From: Verrucomicrobiota bacterium
GTDB taxonomy: Bacteria > Verrucomicrobiota > Verrucomicrobiia > Limisphaerales > JAHDYP01
Assembly: GCA_046047235.1 (NCBI GenBank)
Contig: JBJOII010000003.1
Span: 8,970-72,969, forward strand
DNA length: 64,000 nucleotides
Reading direction: 5' to 3'
Of this stretch, positions 26,273-35,325 are shown piece after piece. Positions within the stretch are counted from its first letter, which is position 1. Each line of letters starts with the position of its first letter. A program made the position numbers and the translations under genes. The notes under the pieces were generated by a model, which had not been told where the DNA came from, searched no databases, and saw nothing but the letters and a program-made list of their open reading frames with translations.

Positions 26273-28228
26273 TCAGGCTTCTAAATGTAACGTCTTGCCC
26301 AGCGAATCCAGAAACTCCTCCTCAGGAGCAGACCCGGATACCACTAAATCCACCAACCTGGCACAGGCCGGACGCAAATCTTCCCGGTCCCGGCCTACCA
26401 GCTTCAGAATCAACCGCAACATGGGCTGCTGCGTACGCACCGCATCCAGCAAACCCATCAAGTCAGCGTCATCGGTTTCGATTAACATCACCAATGCAGC
26501 ACAAATGCAATCACCCGCTCGCAACACCCGCATCACCTCAGCCGCCGTCGTCACGGTGATCACATGATAATTCCTCGTCCGCAAAAGCGTCGCAGTCTCC
26601 GATTGCATCCGCCCCGCCGGAGCCATCAGTAACAAGGTCAATCGCCTCGCCGCTACCGTCGTCTCCTGCTCGGACTCCCGCTCGGTCTCCTTAAAATCAG
26701 CCTCCGGTAACCAAAGGTGAAAGACCGAACCCTGACCCTCCACGGATTCAACCGAGATCGCCCCACGATGCTTCTCCACAAACAACCGCGCGTTATATAA
26801 ACCCAGCCCGGAACCCTTGTTCGCCGATTTGGTCGTGAAAAACGGGTCGAAAATACGGTCCAAGTGCCGACCGTGAATACCGCAACCCGAGTCCCGCACA
26901 GAAATGCAAACACAAGGCAACCGCGGCACCACCCCCTCCACATACTCCGGCGCAGGCCACTCCTTGTGATGGGAAGTCGATAACTCAATCCGCCCCCGCT
27001 CCGGCATCGACTCCGCCGCGTTCAACGCAAGGTTCAACAGGGTCTGCCGAAACTCCACAGAATCCAGATACACCGGCAGCTGCCGCTCCGTCTGCCTCAA
27101 CTCCACCTGAATCCGCCGTGGTACCACCTTCCGCACCAGGTCATGCAACTCGTTCAACAAGGCGTTCAGATCCTGATAGTTGCGATCCCCCGGCCGCCCC
27201 ACGTGCAGATTGATGATCCGATGCACCAGCTGGCTGGCCTGCATCGAGTTCTGCTTGATCAACCCCAGCCCCGAACAAAAAGCATGACCCGGCTCCAGTT
27301 GCTCCAGGAACGATTCGCTCAAAGAGTGGATGCCCGCCATGATGTTGCCAAAGTCATGCGCCAAACCCATCGTCAATACCGCCAGTGTCTCTTTCCATGC
27401 CGCCGCCGACAAACGTCGCTCGGCAATGGTCTGCCGCGTGACATCCAGCCACACGCCCTCATAACCCAATAACAGACCACCAGTGCTCTTTATCGGCTGA
27501 CGATGCTCAAGAATGTAGCTGATCTTGCCACTCTGCAAATGTCGCACGCGAAAGGTGGAGGTAATCAGACGCCCCGTCTGGGCCGCCTGCTGCATCTGCT
27601 GCTCCAGCTCACCGGTGTCAGCCTCGTGCACCACCTGCCAAAACCACTGCGACTGACGCTCCCACTGCTGCGTCGGCACCCCCGTCAATTCCTGCACCTT
27701 CGCACTGATAAACGCAAATGACCCGTCGGGACGCTGGCTAAATACCACCCCGGGCCAGTAACCCGTCAGCTGCTCCAGCCGCGCCTCCGCCTGCATCAGC
27801 CGTATAAACATCTGCCGCCGCCCCTCCTCAGAATGAAGATGCGCATCCCACTCCACCTCAGCCAGCTCAGACCGAGGCGGTAAACAGGATTCAATCCGGA
27901 ACACCGCACCGCCCCCCACCAAGACCCGCTCGACCTGAAACCATGACGCCGGTGCTCCTCCCACCCCCTCCATCGACCAGCTCGCCCGCACCAGCCGCTC
28001 CTCATCCCTCATCAGCGCACCACAGGCCTCCCGCCACGCCGGATTGCGTCGTGACAGAAAGTCGGCCAAAGACTCCGCAGGCAGGTTCTGCTCCCGAAAA
28101 CCCACCCAGGCCAGCAGACCCGCATCCGCCCATTGCAACACACCGTCCCCACCGAAAATAGCCGTCCCGCTCTCCAGCCAGTCCGCCGCCACTGGCGTTG
28201 CCGATTTCAAAAGTTCTGTATCACTCAT
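26273..28228 (-). CDS. PAS-containing sensor histidine kinase with a C-terminal receiver-like domain
   Basis: H-box LAHDFGNIMAGIHS and ATPase boxes (DSGCGI, GSGLGL). The C-terminal 120 aa or so are receiver-like but have atypical acidic-pocket residues. ATG at 28228 (MSDTELL) is preferred to GTG at 28249. Confidence 0.82.
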   Translation of the reverse strand: MSDTELLKSATPVAADWLESGTAIFGGDGVLQWADAGLLAWVGFREQNLPAESLADFLSRRNPAWREACGALMRDEERLVRASWSMEGVGGAPASWFQVERVLVGGGAVFRIESCLPPRSELAEVEWDAHLHSEEGRRQMFIRLMQAEARLEQLTGYWPGVVFSQRPDGSFAFISAKVQELTGVPTQQWERQSQWFWQVVHEADTGELEQQMQQAAQTGRLITSTFRVRHLQSGKISYILEHRQPIKSTGGLLLGYEGVWLDVTRQTIAERRLSAAAWKETLAVLTMGLAHDFGNIMAGIHSLSESFLEQLEPGHAFCSGLGLIKQNSMQASQLVHRIINLHVGRPGDRNYQDLNALLNELHDLVRKVVPRRIQVELRQTERQLPVYLDSVEFRQTLLNLALNAAESMPERGRIELSTSHHKEWPAPEYVEGVVPRLPCVCISVRDSGCGIHGRHLDRIFDPFFTTKSANKGSGLGLYNARLFVEKHRGAISVESVEGQGSVFHLWLPEADFKETERESEQETTVAARRLTLLLMAPAGRMQSETATLLRTRNYHVITVTTAAEVMRVLRAGDCICAALVMLIETDDADLMGLLDAVRTQQPMLRLILKLVGRDREDLRPACARLVDLVVSGSAPEEEFLDSLGKTLHLEA

Positions 28229-28294
28229 CACACAAAACCCAACTTCCACGCCGGGAAAGGGCCATTGGACCTCCCCGCAACACCCTGTTCAAAC

Positions 28295-29470
28295 CTATTC
28301 CTCCACACCCAATCCATCCGCCAAAAGCTCCAGCCGGCCATCCGCCGTCAGTCGATAACGCCTGCCAGCCCAGAAAACGGTGTTGCCGAAATAGGCCCAG
28401 ACAAAGGTCAAACCCTCCACCACATCCAAAAAAGGCAGCATCCACCACGACCGCCGCCAGTCCGGTAAACCCAATACGCCCTGCAACCGCACCGCCAAAA
28501 CCAGCCGCAATAAAACCACTCCCGCAAATACTCCCCACCCCCACACCATCCCCGGTCGCAGCAACGCCAGCACCATCGCCCAGAAAACCGGATACGTCAG
28601 CCCCGCCCCCAAAAACGCCACCCCACGCGCACGTCGCATCGTCCGCTTCCACCGCAATAACCGCCGACATGCCAAACCCACCCCCTCCCTCGGCATCACA
28701 CAGTCCAATAACACCGACGGCACCTCCACCCGGTAACCCAAGCCCACCACCCGATGTCCCAACTCATAGTCGTCCGCCAAATGATCAAAGAAACCCGTGA
28801 ACCCATCCAATCGCTCCAATACCCCACGACGCACCGCCATGGTGTGCCCTATCGCCCACTCAATCCCCGTCGTCCAGCGCGCCAGCATCCACTGCGGAAG
28901 ATTGTTAAAAGCATAATGCAGCGCCACCATCCGCCCACCCCAGGTCACCCCACCCGTCCCACGCGGCAAACACGTCACACACCCCACCTTCTCCTCCTCA
29001 AAGTAAGGAACCAGCCTCCGCAGATAATCCCGCTCCACCCGCACGTCCGCATCCGAAAAAAACAACAGCTCCCCACCCGCCCCACGCCATAAACACTCCA
29101 TGATGCTCGTCTTGCGATTGGTCCCCCGCAACTCCGCCACCACCCAGCGCAAATCCACCCCGGGATACGCCGGCCGCAAACGCTCCACCACAGATACCAC
29201 CGGGTCAGCCTCAGATAATGTGCCCACAAGAATCTCCACCCCCCCGGGATAGTCCTGACGACAAAACGACTCCAGCGCCCCATAAAGCCCCGGACCCCCC
29301 CCCTCAACCGGCTTCAAAATCGAAACCTTTGGATACTCCCCCGTCAGCCCCGGCCCCGGCTCCCGCCGGAAATGCCGCATCGCCGACACATGCGCCAGCA
29401 CCAGGCACACCACCCCGCCCCCAACCAGGCCTGCCACCACCCAAACCAAAATGCCCCACACCAGCGTCAT
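28295..29470 (-). CDS. Membrane glycosyltransferase family 2 (ceramide-glucosyltransferase/GT21-like)
   Basis: ATG at 29470 (MTLVWG...), N-terminal TM helix, KVSILKP, DxD in FFSDADV, and a C-terminal multi-TM region. The 120 upstream codons of the track ORF are shadow. Confidence 0.78.
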   Translation of the reverse strand: MTLVWGILVWVVAGLVGGGVVCLVLAHVSAMRHFRREPGPGLTGEYPKVSILKPVEGGGPGLYGALESFCRQDYPGGVEILVGTLSEADPVVSVVERLRPAYPGVDLRWVVAELRGTNRKTSIMECLWRGAGGELLFFSDADVRVERDYLRRLVPYFEEEKVGCVTCLPRGTGGVTWGGRMVALHYAFNNLPQWMLARWTTGIEWAIGHTMAVRRGVLERLDGFTGFFDHLADDYELGHRVVGLGYRVEVPSVLLDCVMPREGVGLACRRLLRWKRTMRRARGVAFLGAGLTYPVFWAMVLALLRPGMVWGWGVFAGVVLLRLVLAVRLQGVLGLPDWRRSWWMLPFLDVVEGLTFVWAYFGNTVFWAGRRYRLTADGRLELLADGLGVEE

Positions 29471-29859
29471 GGAGAAACCGACGTCGGCACCGACCTCGCA
29501 ATAAACGCCACTCCCGCCATGATCAGCGCAATTCCCACCCACCTCAAACCCATCACCGGCTCGCCCAACATCCACTTGCCCAACAACGCCGTCAGCACGT
29601 AGTTCACCCCAAATACCGGAACCACCACACTCGCATCCAACCCCCACTTGAATAAGGTCAGCATCCCCACAAACTGCGCCGTCATTAAAATAATCCCCAA
29701 CGGCAACTGCCAAACCGTCAAGACCGCCCCCACACTCATGCCCCCCTGCGCCTCCAATTGCCCCCAACGATCCATCCCCACCTTCAATAAAACGTTCCCA
29801 ATCGACAACGCCCCAATCGATAGGGCACACACGGTCACGGCTCTCAAAGTCAAACTCAT
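29467..29859 (-). CDS. Small four-TM EamA/SMR-like membrane protein (ArnE/F-like)
   Basis: 130 aa with four hydrophobic segments. Its stop overlaps the GT2 start (ATGA at 29467-29470). Confidence 0.55.
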   Translation of the reverse strand: MSLTLRAVTVCALSIGALSIGNVLLKVGMDRWGQLEAQGGMSVGAVLTVWQLPLGIILMTAQFVGMLTLFKWGLDASVVVPVFGVNYVLTALLGKWMLGEPVMGLRWVGIALIMAGVAFIARSVPTSVSP

Positions 29860-30068
29860 GGCTACAGGCCCGCCACCCTCGACGGGAAACCCCTTCTATC
29901 CGTCAGCCCTCCCCCTGCGTCCAGACCAAATGGGGTTTACTTTTCACGCATCCCTAAACCATCATTCGTTCCAGTCGATAATACGTTGATACACGGAACG
30001 GCCTGTCGCCACAGGCACCGTATTCTGCCCGCAGTGGAGTCTGCGCTCGGGTTGCTCAGATTGTTGTT

Positions 30069-30458
30069 ATGAAGAAGGTGTTGGTCATTGAAGACGATCA
30101 GATCATCCGGAACCTGCACTCCAGGGTTCTCGAGGACATGGGCTACATAGTCGTGTTCTCTGAAAATGGACCCGATGGCATCACTCTGGCCATGCGGGAA
30201 AAACCCAACCTCATCGTGCTCGACCTCGGACTCCCCTCACCCAAACAGGGATCCGTGGAGTTCAGCGGCTACTCAGTCCTCCAATGGCTGAAACGTAGCC
30301 CCGCCACCAATAGTATCCCCGTCCTCGTAGCCACCGCCTGGCCTCCCAAAGAAGCCCGCGAAAAATGTATCGGCCTCGGCGCCCAAGCCTTCCTCGCCAA
30401 ACCCATCCGACCCGATGACCTCCGCACCACCGTCCGTATCCTCATGGACGATTACTAG
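30069..30458 (+). CDS. Stand-alone CheY-like response regulator receiver
   Basis: KVLVIEDD, LIVLDLGLP and FLAKPIRP. It is 129 aa with no output domain. Confidence 0.8.
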   Translation: MKKVLVIEDDQIIRNLHSRVLEDMGYIVVFSENGPDGITLAMREKPNLIVLDLGLPSPKQGSVEFSGYSVLQWLKRSPATNSIPVLVATAWPPKEAREKCIGLGAQAFLAKPIRPDDLRTTVRILMDDY

Positions 30459-30678
30459 CTCCCAGCTACCGGGCAAAGAGACGGTAAACCAGCAATCGGG
30501 ACAACGGCACCCTGAAGGGCGGACACCCTGCGGGCGCGGTTCCCCCGCAGAACGTGGTCAGTCACATGGAAACCGGCCAATACGGAGGGCGATTTTGGAG
30601 GCAGGGTGTAGGGAACCCCGCCCCCGGGAAAAAAACGTGGAATGGTCCCCTCCCCGCTACTGCGCGGAGCCCCAGCCT

Positions 30679-30742
30679 ACCCTCTCCTCTCTTCCCTCTC
30701 CCCTCTCATTGCGTCGCGCAACCGCGCGACGCAATCCCTCAG
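30679..30742 (+). repeat. Polypyrimidine tract plus 12-bp hairpin (ATTGCGTCGCGC-aacc-GCGCGACGCAAT) plus one CCCTCAG unit
   Basis: Read directly from the sequence. The terminal CCCTCAG (30736-30742) contains the aguA stop codon (30739-30741). Confidence 0.85.
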
Positions 30743-31800
30743 ACCGGCTGCTGCTGGGTCAGGCAATGCAGCGAACCAAAGCCCAGCACCAAATCCACCG
30801 CATGAATACCCACCACCGGCCGGTCACGGAATAGTTCTGACAAAATCCCCAGGGCAACACGGTCCATCGGGTCATTGAAAGTCGGAACCAGCACGGCCGC
30901 ATTGCCGATGTAGAAATTCGCATAGCTAGCCGGCAACCTGTAGTCGTCAAACATCAGGGGCGACGGCATCGGCAACGCTACAACTTCAGGCCGCGATCCG
31001 TCCTCCAGACGCAGGTCCTGGATCCGGTCCCAGTTCTCAGCCAGCGGACGGTAGTTGATGTCCTTGCGGTTCTTCTCCTGGATCAACACCAGCGTCCTCG
31101 GGTTCACAAAACGACAGATGTCATCAATATGCCCATGCGTATCGTCACCCACCGGTCCGTTCCGCAGCCAAAGCACATTCTTCACCCCAAGGTAGGTCTT
31201 CACGGTGTCGTTGAACTGCTCACGCGTCATGCCCGGATTGCGCACCTGCACCTCAGGATCCAGATAACACTCCTCAGTGGTAAGCAACGTCCCCTTGCCG
31301 TTCACCTCAATGCCACCCCCCTCCACCACAAAAGGACGACCCTCCCATTGCGCATCGTAAAGCGGCTTGCCCAACAACCGCGCCGCCGTCTCCGGCACCT
31401 GCCGGTCCTTCTGCCAGTTCGGATACTTGGCCCAGGCATTGAAATGACAATGCACAATCGCCGTCTCGCTCTTCCGATTGCGCCGCCGCCGCACAAAAAT
31501 CGGCCCGCTGTCACGCGTCCACCCACGGTTCGTAGGATGCATGATGAATTCCACCTGCCCCAGATCAGCGTTCGCCACACCCAAATAACCCCGGGCCTGC
31601 TCAGCCGCCTTCTCATCATTCACCAGAATCCGCACCTTCTCGCCCACCGCAAGCTTCCGTACCATCTCCCCATAAACCCAACGGATGGTGTCCACCTTGC
31701 CCGGCCAGTCGGTCCGGTTGTGCGGCCACCCCAGCCAGGTCGCCTCATGGCGCTCCCACTCCGCGGGCATGCTGTAGCCGTCAGCCGCCGGTGTCGTCAT
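30739..31800 (-). CDS. aguA: Agmatine deiminase
   Basis: ATG at 31800 (MTTPAADGYSMPAEWERHEATWLGWPH) and the catalytic-Cys tail GSLHCLTQQQP. Confidence 0.88.
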   Translation of the reverse strand: MTTPAADGYSMPAEWERHEATWLGWPHNRTDWPGKVDTIRWVYGEMVRKLAVGEKVRILVNDEKAAEQARGYLGVANADLGQVEFIMHPTNRGWTRDSGPIFVRRRRNRKSETAIVHCHFNAWAKYPNWQKDRQVPETAARLLGKPLYDAQWEGRPFVVEGGGIEVNGKGTLLTTEECYLDPEVQVRNPGMTREQFNDTVKTYLGVKNVLWLRNGPVGDDTHGHIDDICRFVNPRTLVLIQEKNRKDINYRPLAENWDRIQDLRLEDGSRPEVVALPMPSPLMFDDYRLPASYANFYIGNAAVLVPTFNDPMDRVALGILSELFRDRPVVGIHAVDLVLGFGSLHCLTQQQPV

Positions 31801-31990
31801 CGTTCCACTCGCTCGTTTCGATCGCATCGCGGCCGGAGCATAACGCCAACCCCTTCCTTGTCCATCCCCGCCACGACCCCAGCACACCCACTTCACACCC
31901 CACCACAACGCCTCCCCCACCAGCTTGCAGGGAAAATTGATTGCAAGTTTTGGGGCGACCGTATTTTAGTCGCCCATTGCTGCTCATATC

Positions 31991-33199
31991 ATGGCGAAAA
32001 AGACCAAAAAAAATCATCGTTGTCGGGAAGACCTCTCCGACATGCCCGAATGGATGAAGGAAAAGGAATGCCCTCATAAGGCAAAATACATGTCCGGCAA
32101 GCGGATCATGCCCAAGAACCTCACGGGCAAGGAAAAGCTGGCCGACATCGTGGAAAATACCTTCCTCGCCTATAACTCCGCCCGCCTGCGCGAAGGCTGC
32201 CGCCTCTTCACCGAGAAAATGCTCGAGGACGATGTCACCATCGGCATGAGCCTCTCCGGAGCGCTCACCCCCGCCGGCCTCGGCTGCTCCTGCATCATCC
32301 CCCTCATCAAGGCCGGCTTCGTCGACTGGATCGTCGCCACAGGCGCCATCCTCTACCATGACCTGCACTTCGCCCTGAATTACCCGGTCCACGCCGGCAG
32401 CCCGCAGTTCGACGATGTCGACCTGCGCAACAACGACCTGGTCCGTATCTATGACGTCGTCATCCCCTACAGCGACGGACTCATGGCCACCGACGACCTC
32501 CTGCGCGAGATCCTCACCAAACCCGAGTTCCAGAAGGAAATGGGCACCACCGAACTCCATTACCTCATCGGTAAATACGCCGCCGAATGGGAACGGAAGA
32601 ACGGCCTGAAAGACGTCTCAGTCATGGCCGCCGCCTACCGCGCCGGAGTGCCCTGCTTCACCTCCTCACCCGGCGACTCCACCATCGGCATGAATGTCGC
32701 CGGCGTCGAACTCCGCGGCAATAAACTGCGCGTAAATCCCTCCATCGACGTCAATGAAAGCACCAGCTACGTGCTCGCAGCCAAACGCAGCGGCGGCAAA
32801 AGCGCCGTGGTGCTCTGGGGCGGCGGTAGCCCGAAAAACTTCATGCTCCAAACCGAACCCCAAATCCAGGAAGTCCTCCGGATCAAGGAGTTCGGCCAGG
32901 ACTACTTCCTGCAGGTCACCGATGCCCGCCCCGATACCGGCGGCCTCTCCGGTGCCACCCCCTCCGAAGCCGTCAGCTGGGGCAAAGTCGATCCGGAACG
33001 CCTGCCCGATGCCGTGGTCTGCTACACCGATACCACCATCGCCATGCCTATCCTGACCAGCTACGCTCTCGCCCGCCACAAGCGACGCAAACTGCGCCGC
33101 CTCTTCGACCAACGACACGACACCATGAACCTCCTCGCCAAGGAGTACTTCAAACATAACAAGGTCGATATGCTCGACGGCTCAAAGCCCAAGTTCTAA
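31991..33199 (+). CDS. Deoxyhypusine synthase-like protein (candidate homospermidine synthase)
   Basis: DHS-family motifs [23 protein letters not shown] and WGGGSPKNF. The basic/Cys-containing N-terminal 33 codons are uncertain; an alternative ATG is at 32090. Confidence 0.85.
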   Translation: MAKKTKKNHRCREDLSDMPEWMKEKECPHKAKYMSGKRIMPKNLTGKEKLADIVENTFLAYNSARLREGCRLFTEKMLEDDVTIGMSLSGALTPAGLGCSCIIPLIKAGFVDWIVATGAILYHDLHFALNYPVHAGSPQFDDVDLRNNDLVRIYDVVIPYSDGLMATDDLLREILTKPEFQKEMGTTELHYLIGKYAAEWERKNGLKDVSVMAAAYRAGVPCFTSSPGDSTIGMNVAGVELRGNKLRVNPSIDVNESTSYVLAAKRSGGKSAVVLWGGGSPKNFMLQTEPQIQEVLRIKEFGQDYFLQVTDARPDTGGLSGATPSEAVSWGKVDPERLPDAVVCYTDTTIAMPILTSYALARHKRRKLRRLFDQRHDTMNLLAKEYFKHNKVDMLDGSKPKF

Positions 33200-33218
33200 G
33201 CAAACCCAATCCCCTCTC

Positions 33219-33255
33219 AGGGCGCGTGTTCCCCACGGAATACGCGCCCTTTTTC
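33219..33255 (+). terminator. Intrinsic terminator of the DHS-like gene
   Basis: AGGGCGCGT GTTCC-ccac-GGAAT ACGCGCCCT forms a 14-bp stem (one G-U pair) with a tetraloop, followed by TTTTC. It starts 20 nt after the TAA at 33197-33199. Confidence 0.8.
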
Positions 33256-33269
33256 ATCGTACCCCCCCA

Positions 33270-33388
33270 CGCCTACCACTTCGCGCTTCGCCCTCAGCCC
33301 TCAGCCCTCAGCCCTCAGCCCTCAGCCCTCAGCCCTCAGCCCTCTGCGCTTCCCGCTTCCCGCTTCCCGCTCTGCGCTCAGCGCCCCG
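33270..33388 (+). repeat. Phased heptamer tract of 17 units (..CGCTTCG, CCCTCAG x7, CCCTCTG, CGCTTCC x3, CGCTCTG, CGCTCAG, CGCCCCG)
   Basis: 119 nt in perfect 7-bp register. The CCCTCAG x7 block is at 33291-33339. Confidence 0.88.
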
Positions 33389-33421
33389 TGTTTCAGAGTT
33401 TCGGAACAGCTACGCGCCGCG

Positions 33422-33442
33422 CTTGGGACGTTCTACGTCCCA
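33422..33442. repeat. Hairpin module CTTGGGACG-ttcta-CGTCCCA
   Basis: The 21 nt are identical to 9903-9923, and the preceding GCGCGCCGC(A/G) is also shared. Confidence 0.88.
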
Positions 33443-33455
33443 GCAGCGCCACAGA

Positions 33456-33474
33456 AATTCGCCGCAGGCGAATT
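33456..33474. repeat. GCA-triloop hairpin (AATTCGCC-GCA-GGCGAATT) abutting the ClC stop codon
   Basis: 8-bp perfect stem. The adjoining 13 nt GCGAATTCCTCAG (33468-33480) are identical to 10226-10238. Confidence 0.85.
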
Positions 33475-33476
33475 CC

Positions 33477-35261
33477 TCAGTCTTCCTGCGCAGCTGCCAC
33501 CTGCGTCTGTGCCCTCAGCAGGTCGTGCAGGGTGACAATCCCAATCGCCTTCCCCCCCGGACGATCCACCAGAACCACCAGCCCCGTAGAGGAATCAATC
33601 AACAACCGCTGCAGACGCCGAATGGAATCCTTGGGCAGACAGGTCGGCACCTGCTCCAGCTGGGGTTCCCGCGATTCCCGCGTGGCCTTCTCCACCTCCT
33701 CACGCGCCAGCACCCCTTTCAGCTCGCGATCGATCACCACCGGAAACCTCTCGTAAGGATGATCGCTCAGGGTCGCCTTGATCGCCGCCGGATCGAGATC
33801 CTTCACCAGCGCGGGCTTGAAATTGGCAATCGCAGATACCGGCAGCTGCTGCCATTCCGTCAGGTCACGCGGCGGCCGCACATGCTCGACCTCGTGTCCG
33901 TCCTGCTCAAGTAAGGCCTCATAAAAGTTGTGCTTGTTGAAACGACGACTGATCCACGAGCTGACCAGCGCACCCAGCATCAGGGCCGGCACGAGCGTAA
34001 ACTCATGGGTCATCTCGAACACTATCAGGATGCCGGTCACCGGAGCCCAAACCACCGCCCCCAAGCACGCACTCATCCCCACCACCACCAACGTCAGCAC
34101 ATCCGCCGCAGGCAACTGAAACTCCACACCAAATACCTTCCCCGCCTCAGTCAATCCCCCCGCTATCACCAAACCCGTCATCCCCCCAAAAAACAACGTC
34201 GGCGAAAAAATACCCCCGCAACCGCCCGTCCCGTAACAAGCCACGGTCGCAATGAATTTGGCCAGCAACAACAGCAAGGCCATCTTCCACATCAACCCGC
34301 CCCCCAACGCCGCAGTCAGATCATCATAACCCAGACCAAAGACACCCAACCGCCCCTTCCCATCCTCAGCAATCATCGCGGTCGTCACATACACCGCAAT
34401 GCCCAGCATCCAGGTAATCAACGCTCCCACCGCCGGAAAGGCCCACGAGTTGCCAAAACGCCAGCCACGCGACCGCTTCCGCAACCGCAGGCAGCTGCGC
34501 TGGAATTGCACACCCACAAGACTCGCAATCAACGCCACCAAGGGCGTCAGGGCATACCCCTGATACGACGGGCCAGACAGGTTCTGCGGCAGCTGGAACG
34601 CCGGATCCGGGCCAATGATTCCGTGCACCATGAACGCGCCCAGCACCGAGGCAAAAAGAATGCTGCCCAAAAAGCGGCTGTTCAGATCCCCAATGATCTC
34701 CTCCATTACAAAAGTGATCGAGGCCAGCGGCGTGTTGAATGCCGCCGCCAAACCGGAAGCCGCACCCGAAGCCGCGCTCTCCCGCCGCTTCTGCTTGGGT
34801 TCACCAAACAAGGCCGCAAGGTTCGACCCCAGCGCTCCCGCCAACTGCACGCTCGGACCTTCACGCCCCAAACTGGCCCCTCCGCCAATGCTCAGCACGC
34901 CCGCCAGAAACTTCACCCAAACCACCCTGAACGGCACATGCCCAAACTCCTTCCAGAACGCCAGCTTCAGCTGCGGAATACCACTGCCCGCCGCCTCAGG
35001 ACAGAACCGGCGCAGCAACCAACCCGAGACCAATGAGGTCGCCACAATAATCGCCAGACTGGTCGTGGCAAACTCGCGAAAGGAAACGGTCTCGGAGTAG
35101 GCAAAGAAATGGATGCCCCACTCAAACAGCAGGTTCATCGCGATCTGGAACACCACCGTCACGAGTCCAGCCGCCAAACCGTAGATGCATACCAGCAGGA
35201 TCGCCCGCGCCCCCTTCGGAAGCCGGTGGATCTGTTGACGCAACAGGTTCAGCAAAACCAT
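33477..35261 (-). CDS. ClC-family chloride channel/antiporter with C-terminal CBS pair
   Basis: Selectivity motifs GSGIPQ, GREGP and GGIFSPTLFFG, followed by two CBS-like repeats. Confidence 0.9.
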   Translation of the reverse strand: MVLLNLLRQQIHRLPKGARAILLVCIYGLAAGLVTVVFQIAMNLLFEWGIHFFAYSETVSFREFATTSLAIIVATSLVSGWLLRRFCPEAAGSGIPQLKLAFWKEFGHVPFRVVWVKFLAGVLSIGGGASLGREGPSVQLAGALGSNLAALFGEPKQKRRESAASGAASGLAAAFNTPLASITFVMEEIIGDLNSRFLGSILFASVLGAFMVHGIIGPDPAFQLPQNLSGPSYQGYALTPLVALIASLVGVQFQRSCLRLRKRSRGWRFGNSWAFPAVGALITWMLGIAVYVTTAMIAEDGKGRLGVFGLGYDDLTAALGGGLMWKMALLLLLAKFIATVACYGTGGCGGIFSPTLFFGGMTGLVIAGGLTEAGKVFGVEFQLPAADVLTLVVVGMSACLGAVVWAPVTGILIVFEMTHEFTLVPALMLGALVSSWISRRFNKHNFYEALLEQDGHEVEHVRPPRDLTEWQQLPVSAIANFKPALVKDLDPAAIKATLSDHPYERFPVVIDRELKGVLAREEVEKATRESREPQLEQVPTCLPKDSIRRLQRLLIDSSTGLVVLVDRPGGKAIGIVTLHDLLRAQTQVAAAQED

Positions 35262-35325
35262 GCCGCGTCATTGTTGGAACAGACTCCACTCAGGAGCAAC
35301 ACGGAAACGGCAGAGACTCCAAAAG

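Noticed and set aside
33291-33339. Tandem arrays (CCCTCAG x7 and the other heptamer tracts) considered as possible CRISPR arrays.
   Set aside because: The units are 7 bp and contiguous, with no unique spacers, and no cas genes lie nearby. They are microsatellite-like, not CRISPR.
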